A DNA stretch of 63,991 bases, counting the filler, from Malassezia furfur (Eukaryota), in NCBI GenBank assembly GCA_052055015.1. It is 4 parts of 4 records of this genome, joined end to end, with 100 filler letters (N's around TTAATTAATTAA, not from the genome) between each part and the next. Parts side by side here need not be neighbours in the genome. Positions count along the whole stretch, not along the records: positions 51,662 to 63,991 come from JBQJIT010000337.1; 3 more parts are not named here. The stretch is one strand, 5' to 3'. A program made the translations under genes and the position numbers. Every line of letters begins with the position of its first letter. Position 1 is the stretch's first letter. Positions 58,156 through 63,991 of this stretch are shown here, piece by piece. The notes below the pieces were generated by a model. The model did not search any database and had not been told where the DNA came from. It saw nothing but the letters and a program-made list of their open reading frames with translations.

Positions 58156-60174
58156 ATGCGGCGTTCCGCGTCGGAGTCGCGAGCATCGCTCGGCGGGTCG
58201 CTTGCATCCAGCGGGCACCTGCCGCCGCACGGAACAGGTGCATTCTCGCTCGTGGATCCCCCGGAGGTGCAGGATCCGCTGGTCCAGGAGGCCATCGAGC
58301 AGGAGGAGGATGCGCATGCACCCGTGCCGGGCACCGACGAGGACCTTGCGTGGCTCGCATCGCTGCCGTGGTGGCGCCGTCCGCACACGACATGGCTGTA
58401 CCCCATTTGCCTGCTTTTCTCGCTCGCGGGCGGGATTTTGCTCGCGCCGCGTATGGAGATGTACTTATCGCTTCTGTGCGACGAGATGGGACTGCCGCCC
58501 GGCGTGTCGTCGAGTGGGCGCCCGCACATCCCGTCGCAAATGTGCCGACAGTCCCCCGAAGCCCAGCGCCGTCTGTCGTCGCTCCAGCTCGCGCTGCTGT
58601 TGACGAACGGCATCGGGTGTGCCTTCTCCGCCGGGTTCTGGTCGCGGCTGTCCGACCGTAAAGGGCGCAATCGGATCATGATGATCAACGTGCTCGGCAT
58701 CTTTATTATGGACGTGGTGGTGCTGGTGGTGTCGCGTGTGTCGCTGCGCGACCTGCCCATGGGCGCCAACTTCCTCGCGATCGGCTCGTCCATCGAGGGG
58801 GCACTCGGCGGGTACAGCGCAGTGACCGCGATGAGCCAGTGCTACATCTCGGACGTGACGCCCAGCGGCACCCGTGCGCGTCTGTTTGCGTTCATGACCG
58901 GTGTGACGTTTGCGGGCGTCGCGATTGGACCGACCATCGGCGGCTTCCTCACGGTCGCGACGGGCGATGTGACGCTTACGCTGTGGATCGCCACGGGGCT
59001 GCACCTCGCGATCATTGTGCTGCTTCCGTTTGTGCCAGAGAGCCTGACGGCCGCGCGCCGCGCCAAGGCTGAGGCTGCGTGGCGCGATGCACAGCGCGAT
59101 GCACCGGTCACGAGCGTGTGGCAGCGCATCAGCGCCGCGGCATTCGCACCGCTGCACTCGCTGCGTATCCTGCTGCCCGAGCGCGTGCACACGGGCTACT
59201 CGCCGCTCGCGACCGATCCCGACGCGCCCGCAGCTGTGCCCGATTCTGATGCGCCCACAGACGCGTCCGATGCGCCCGTCCATCTCTCGGTGCCGCACAC
59301 GCACCGCTCCGGGTCGTGGGACATCAACATGCTCCTCGTCGCCATCGCCTACTTCCTCGAGAGCGCGACGATCGCCATTGTCCCGATCAAGATCCAGTAT
59401 GTGCAGCTCGTGTTCAACTGGGGCTCCGAGATGCTCGGCTTCTTTGTGAGCTTCACGGCGCTGACGCGCATGGTGATGCTGGTGCTGGTGCTGCCGGTGC
59501 TGATCCGCTACGTGCACCGCCCGCTGCGCACGATTGCGCTGCCCCAGGATGCGCAGGTCGAGACGCACGTCAACGAGCCGACTGCGCTCGACGCGGAAGG
59601 GCGCCGCGCGACGAGCGCGTCGTCGAGTGCATCGTCTGCCGAGGCGCCGGCGTGGAGCGCCGCGGACCACCGCCTCGAGAAGCAGTGGGTGCAGCGCGCC
59701 AAGCTCATGCGGCTCATCCACGACTCGCGCATGGATGTATGTTACGAAACTGACCCAGGTGCGTCTCGCGGTTGGCTCGGCGCTGCTCACGGGCCTTGCG
59801 TGCATCATCACGGGCCTGGCCCGCACGACGTGGCTCTTTTTGTTTGCGGTGCTGCTCACGTCGCTCGGTGGCGGTGTTGGCTCGGCCGTTACCTCGTTGT
59901 CGCTCGCGCTGATCCGCGATCCGAACGATGCCGGGCGCCTGTTTGGCGCGTTTGCGGTGCTGAGCACCGTGTCGAGTTCGATTGTCGGTCCCTATCTGTT
60001 TACCTCGGTGTTCCGCGCGAGTGCGGCGACCGCGCCGTCGCTCGTGTTCTTTGTCATTACGGGTACGTGGGCATGTCTGACGCAGCGATGCAGGTGATGG
60101 CCGCGACGGCGGTGCTGGCCGTGCGCCTGCGCTCCCCCAAGAGCCTCGCGGGGCTGCCGCCGCGCCCTGGATAG
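58156..60174 (+). CDS. MFS transporter (YJL163C/SLC46-like); introns 59737-59758, 60063-60085
   Basis: [33 protein letters not shown]; the C-terminal TM helices ([24 protein letters not shown]) are in frame only after splicing. Confidence 0.85.
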   Translation: MRRSASESRASLGGSLASSGHLPPHGTGAFSLVDPPEVQDPLVQEAIEQEEDAHAPVPGTDEDLAWLASLPWWRRPHTTWLYPICLLFSLAGGILLAPRMEMYLSLLCDEMGLPPGVSSSGRPHIPSQMCRQSPEAQRRLSSLQLALLLTNGIGCAFSAGFWSRLSDRKGRNRIMMINVLGIFIMDVVVLVVSRVSLRDLPMGANFLAIGSSIEGALGGYSAVTAMSQCYISDVTPSGTRARLFAFMTGVTFAGVAIGPTIGGFLTVATGDVTLTLWIATGLHLAIIVLLPFVPESLTAARRAKAEAAWRDAQRDAPVTSVWQRISAAAFAPLHSLRILLPERVHTGYSPLATDPDAPAAVPDSDAPTDASDAPVHLSVPHTHRSGSWDINMLLVAIAYFLESATIAIVPIKIQYVQLVFNWGSEMLGFFVSFTALTRMVMLVLVLPVLIRYVHRPLRTIALPQDAQVETHVNEPTALDAEGRRATSASSSASSAEAPAWSAADHRLEKQWVQRAKLMRLIHDSRMDVCYETDPGASRGWLGAAHGPCVHHHGPGPHDVALFVCGAAHVARWRCWLGRYLVVARADPRSERCRAPVWRVCGAEHRVEFDCRSLSVYLGVPRECGDRAVARVLCHYGYVGMSDAAMQVMAATAVLAVRLRSPKSLAGLPPRPG

Positions 60175-60218
60175 TCACGTGCATAGCCCCCCCGCCGCGC
60201 ACCTTGCGCTCCGACGCT

Positions 60219-62795
60219 ATGGCGGCCTTTTTCCAGAAGCAGCAGCAGGTCGCTGCGCTGGACCCGCGCCTCGGCGGGCTGATGGCGAGCGCAGGACTGT
60301 ACAACCTGCGCTCGCTGATTAAGGGTGTGCGTGCGTGCAAGACGCTCGCGGACGAGCGCTCGCTCCTGCAGAAGGAGTCGGCGGCGATCCGCACGTCGTT
60401 CAAGGATGACGACCCGTTTATGCGGTACAACAACCTGTCGAAGCTGCTGTACATCCACATGCTCGGCTACCCCGCGCACTTCGGGCAGATGGAGTGCCTG
60501 AAGCTCGTGGCGTCGCCGCGTTTCACGGACAAGCGCCTCGGCTACCTCGGCATCATGCTCCTCCTCGACGAGAACGCCCAGGTGCTCATGCTCGTCACCA
60601 ACGGGCTGAAAAAGTACGTGAGCAGCGGCTAACGCAGTGACATGAACCACTCGAGCATGTATGTGGTGGGCCTCGCGCTGTGCACGTTTGCCAACATCGC
60701 GTCCGAGGAAATGTCGCGCGATCTGTGCAACGAGATCGAGAAACTCATGGGCAGCGGCAACTCGTACATCCGCAAAAAGGCTGCGCTGTGCGCCAAGCGC
60801 ATCGTGCGCAAGGTGCCGGACCTCGTCGACCACTTCCGTGAGCGCACGCTCCAGTTGCTGGGCGACAAGAGCCACGGCGTACAGATCTGTGCGCTGAGCC
60901 TGGCCATCCAAATCTGCGAGACGGACCCGAGTGCCATCCCCGAGTACCGCCGTGCGACGTCGGCGCTCGTCGCGACGCTCAAGAACCTGCTCTCTACCTC
61001 CTTCTCGCCGGAGCACGACGTGGCGGGCATCACCGACCCCTTCCTGCAGGCCAAGATCCTGCGCTTCCTGCGCGTGCTCGGCAAGGACAGTGCGCAGGTG
61101 TCGGAGCTGATCAACGACATCCTCGCGCAGGTCGCGACGAACACCGAGGCGAGCAAGAGCGTCGGGAACGCGATCCTCTACGAGTGTGTGTTGACCATCC
61201 TCGAGATCCAGGCAGACTCGGCGCTGCGGGTCATGGCGATCAACATCCTCGGCAAGTTTTTGGGGAACCGCGACAACAACATCCGCTATGTCGCGCTCAA
61301 CACGCTCAACAAGGTGGTTACCATCGATACCAACGCCGTCCAGCGGCACCGCGCGACGATCCTCGAGTGCCTGCGCGACGCCGACATCTCGATCCGGCGG
61401 CGTGCGCTTGAGCTGACTTACACGCTGATCAACGCGTCGAATGTGACGGCACTGATGCGCGAGCTGCTCTCCTTTCTCGAGGTCGCCGATACCGAGTTCA
61501 AGCTGTCGCTCACCACGCAGATGTGTGTCGCCGCCGAGCGCTTTGCGCCCAACAAGCGCTGGCACATTGACACGATGCTCCACGTCCTGCGCACGGCGGG
61601 CAACTACATCCGCGACGAGGTGCTGGGCTCGTTCATCCGGCTCGTGTGCCACACGCCCGAGCTCCAAGCGTATACCACCCAGCGCCTCTACTCGGCGCTG
61701 CACAGCGACCTGTCGCAGCACAGCCAGACGCTCGCGGCGGTGTGGGTGCTCGGCGAGTTTGGCGAGACGCTCCTCGAGATGGGCACCTTTGCCGACGACA
61801 CCGGCGAGCATCACGTGACGCCGCAGCGCATCGTCGAACTGCTCGCGTCGCTGCTCGAGTCGGTGTATGCGGACGAGGTTACGCGCGAGTACGTGCTGAC
61901 GGCGCTCGCGAAGCTGTACGTGCGCATCAGCGACCGCAAGCAGCAGGAGCGCATCCTGGGCATCTTTGCGCAGTACAGCGACGCGGTCGACGTCGAGACG
62001 CAGAAGCGTGCGATCGAATACCGCGCGCTGTTGCAGCGCGGCGACATTGGCTTCGGAGTGCTCGAGACCATGCCGCTGCCCGAGATCCGCCAGACGATGC
62101 TCGGGGCCGTCAGCGAGACGAAGCCTGTGGGCTCGACGCGCAACGACCAGGACGCGCTGCTCGACCTTACGGGCGAGGCTGCCGCGCTGTCGCAGCCGAC
62201 GCAGGCCGCCGCTACGACGCAGAGCGATCTGCTCGCCGACATTTTCGGCGATGCGCCGGTCGCCCCCGCTGCAGCGCCTGCCGCAGCGCCCGCGCCCGCA
62301 GCTGCGGCGCCGAAATCGTCCACGGCCGACATCCTGGGCCTGTTTGACGCGCCGGCACCGAGTGCGGCGCCTGCGGCGGCGCCGGCGTCGGTCGCCAGCG
62401 CGACGCACGCGATGGACGCACTCGACCTGCTGGGCGGCGATGCGCCTGCGCCGCGTGCGCCCGCGGCGGAGCCCGCACAGGAGGCGTACGCGAAGCACGG
62501 TGTGCGCATCGCCTTCCGTGTGCAGCGCACCGACACGCAGGTGCAGCTGCAGGCGCACTTCACGGCCGACGCGCCCGTCAGTGCGCTCGCGTTCCAGGCG
62601 GCGGTGCCCAAGAGCCAGAAGCTGCAAATGTCCCCGATCTCCTCCACCTCGATCGCGCCGGGCGCGGAGGCGACGCAGACGATGAACGTCACGGGCGCGA
62701 TCCAGGGCCCCGTGCGGCTGCGTGTGCGTGTAAGCTTCACAACGGCGTCGGGCGAGGCGATCAAGGACCAGTTCGACTGGGCTCAGCGCTCGTAG
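60219..62795 (+). CDS. APL4: AP-1 complex gamma adaptin; intron 60614-60637
   Basis: [54 protein letters not shown] and a GAE ear ([13 protein letters not shown]). Confidence 0.96.
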
Positions 62796-62808
62796 GTCTA
62801 TCGTACAG

Positions 62809-63977
62809 CTATGCACCTTTGGACGACGCGGGAAGCGCACTGGGTCAGTGGGTGGATGCGACGTACGCAATGATCTGCATCACGTATTGGCGTTCGTCGA
62901 TGAACGACTCGTCTGCGTGAGTGTCTCGAGACGTGCCTGTGCGGTCGCGGAGGAAGTCGGACAGGAACGCGAGCAGCCGGCTGCGGTTGCGCTGCAGGAT
63001 GGCCTCGACGGCCGGCGTCTTTTTCGGGTTCGCCACAAACACCTTGAACACGTGGAACGTTTCGAGCTGAATGTTCTTGCTGCGGTCGCGGAACAGGTTC
63101 ATGATGCGCTTCAGGTTGTTCTCGTCTGCGACGTAGCGCAGCATCGTGTTGTAATTCGCACGGTCCACCAGCAGGCCGCCGAGCAGCTTGAGCGACTGCC
63201 GCTTGGTCACGTAGTTCGACGAGTCGAGCAGCTGGTTGTACATCGCAAAGAACTGGGTCAGCGTGTGACGTACGCGCTCGTAGTTCTGCTCGAGGTACTC
63301 GGCGGTCATCGCACGGTGCCGCACGAGCGTTTCCTGGGGTCAGCGGCACACGTACGCGGAAGTTGGCAAACGCATCGCATGATATCCCAAACGAGGTCGT
63401 GTCAATGTACTCGGGGAAGCGGTAGAAGCTGTGTTAATCCGTGCACGCACTCGTCCGAATAGAGCAGGATCTTGGCAAGCGCCTCGTGCTGCACGAGCTC
63501 GTGGAGCATCATGCCGGTGTTGAGCGCAATGTCCGCGTCGCCGTAGCCGCGCACAGTGAGCAGCACAATCACGGGGTTCGCGGCAATGTACTCCACGGTC
63601 GGCAGGCGCGTGCCGATGTTGCGCTGCAGCAGCGCCGCGAAGATCTGGACGACGTCCTTGCGTGCCTCGAACTCAAGCCGCGGCAGGTACACGAGCAGGT
63701 ACTGGATAAGGTGCGTCTGGTATACGTCCTGGGCGAGCTGTGCGACCTGCTCCGGCACGGGATCCTGCCCGCCCTCGCCGTACAGGATGTGCTTGGCCTG
63801 CTGGATGCCCGCGAGGAGCTCCTCGCCCTGCTTGCGCCGCACTTCGCTGCTGGACGCGTCGCTGAGCACGAGCGTGTTGGGTGCGGTCTCGACGACGCCA
63901 AGACGCGACATGGCGTCGCGCATGCCGCGCACGAGGTCGTGCGGCGAGCGCTGCTTCGTCTTGAACAGGAAGTTCAT
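62809..63977 (-). CDS. HYM1: Mo25/Hym1 protein; introns 63429-63450, 63334-63355, 63253-63273, 62913-62936 (GC-AG), 62840-62866
   Basis: LEFEARKDVVQIF, SNYVTKRQSLKLLG, NLKRIMNL and FHVFKVFVANPKK. Confidence 0.95.
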
Positions 63978-63991
63978 CGCGGCGGACGCAC

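Noticed and set aside
1..63991. Transposons, rRNA or tRNA genes, secondary metabolite cluster
   Set aside because: No transposase, reverse transcriptase, LTR/TIR, rRNA, tRNA or PKS/NRPS signatures seen. The ACP, thioesterases and CoA ligase are scattered primary-metabolism genes on different contigs.

Overview
Gene-dense, GC-rich fungal chromosome segment. The gene content, compactness and intron style fit a Malassezia-like Ustilaginomycotina yeast, which is an inference. Four contigs are joined by 100-nt N spacers carrying an artificial TTAATTAATTAA linker. I modelled 37 protein-coding genes, mostly housekeeping: SQS1, SIR2, DAD3, RRP14, RSA4, UBC7, MED16, RAD24, GUT2, IMP4, VMA2, SCS2, ORC2, STE7, ACP1, SCH9, NAT1, EFT2, GIM3, SKI3, UPF1, APL4, HYM1, two tandem acyl-CoA thioesterases and others. 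The most striking signal is 50 hand-mapped spliceosomal introns, of which 42 are only 21-28 nt (minimum 21, mode 22). They have GT(A/G)CGT donors and a branch motif fused to the acceptor (CT[A/G/C]AC-N-CAG). Other signals are extreme intergenic compaction (33-60 nt spacers, interlocked stop codons), a recurrent CACGTG and AAATTT-N3-7-CACGTG promoter module, a candidate snoRNA-like RNA between EFT2 and GIM3, a hairpin-rich tract after STE7, and a possible alternative C-terminal exon of SCS2. All gene identities come from motif recognition by eye; no searches were run.
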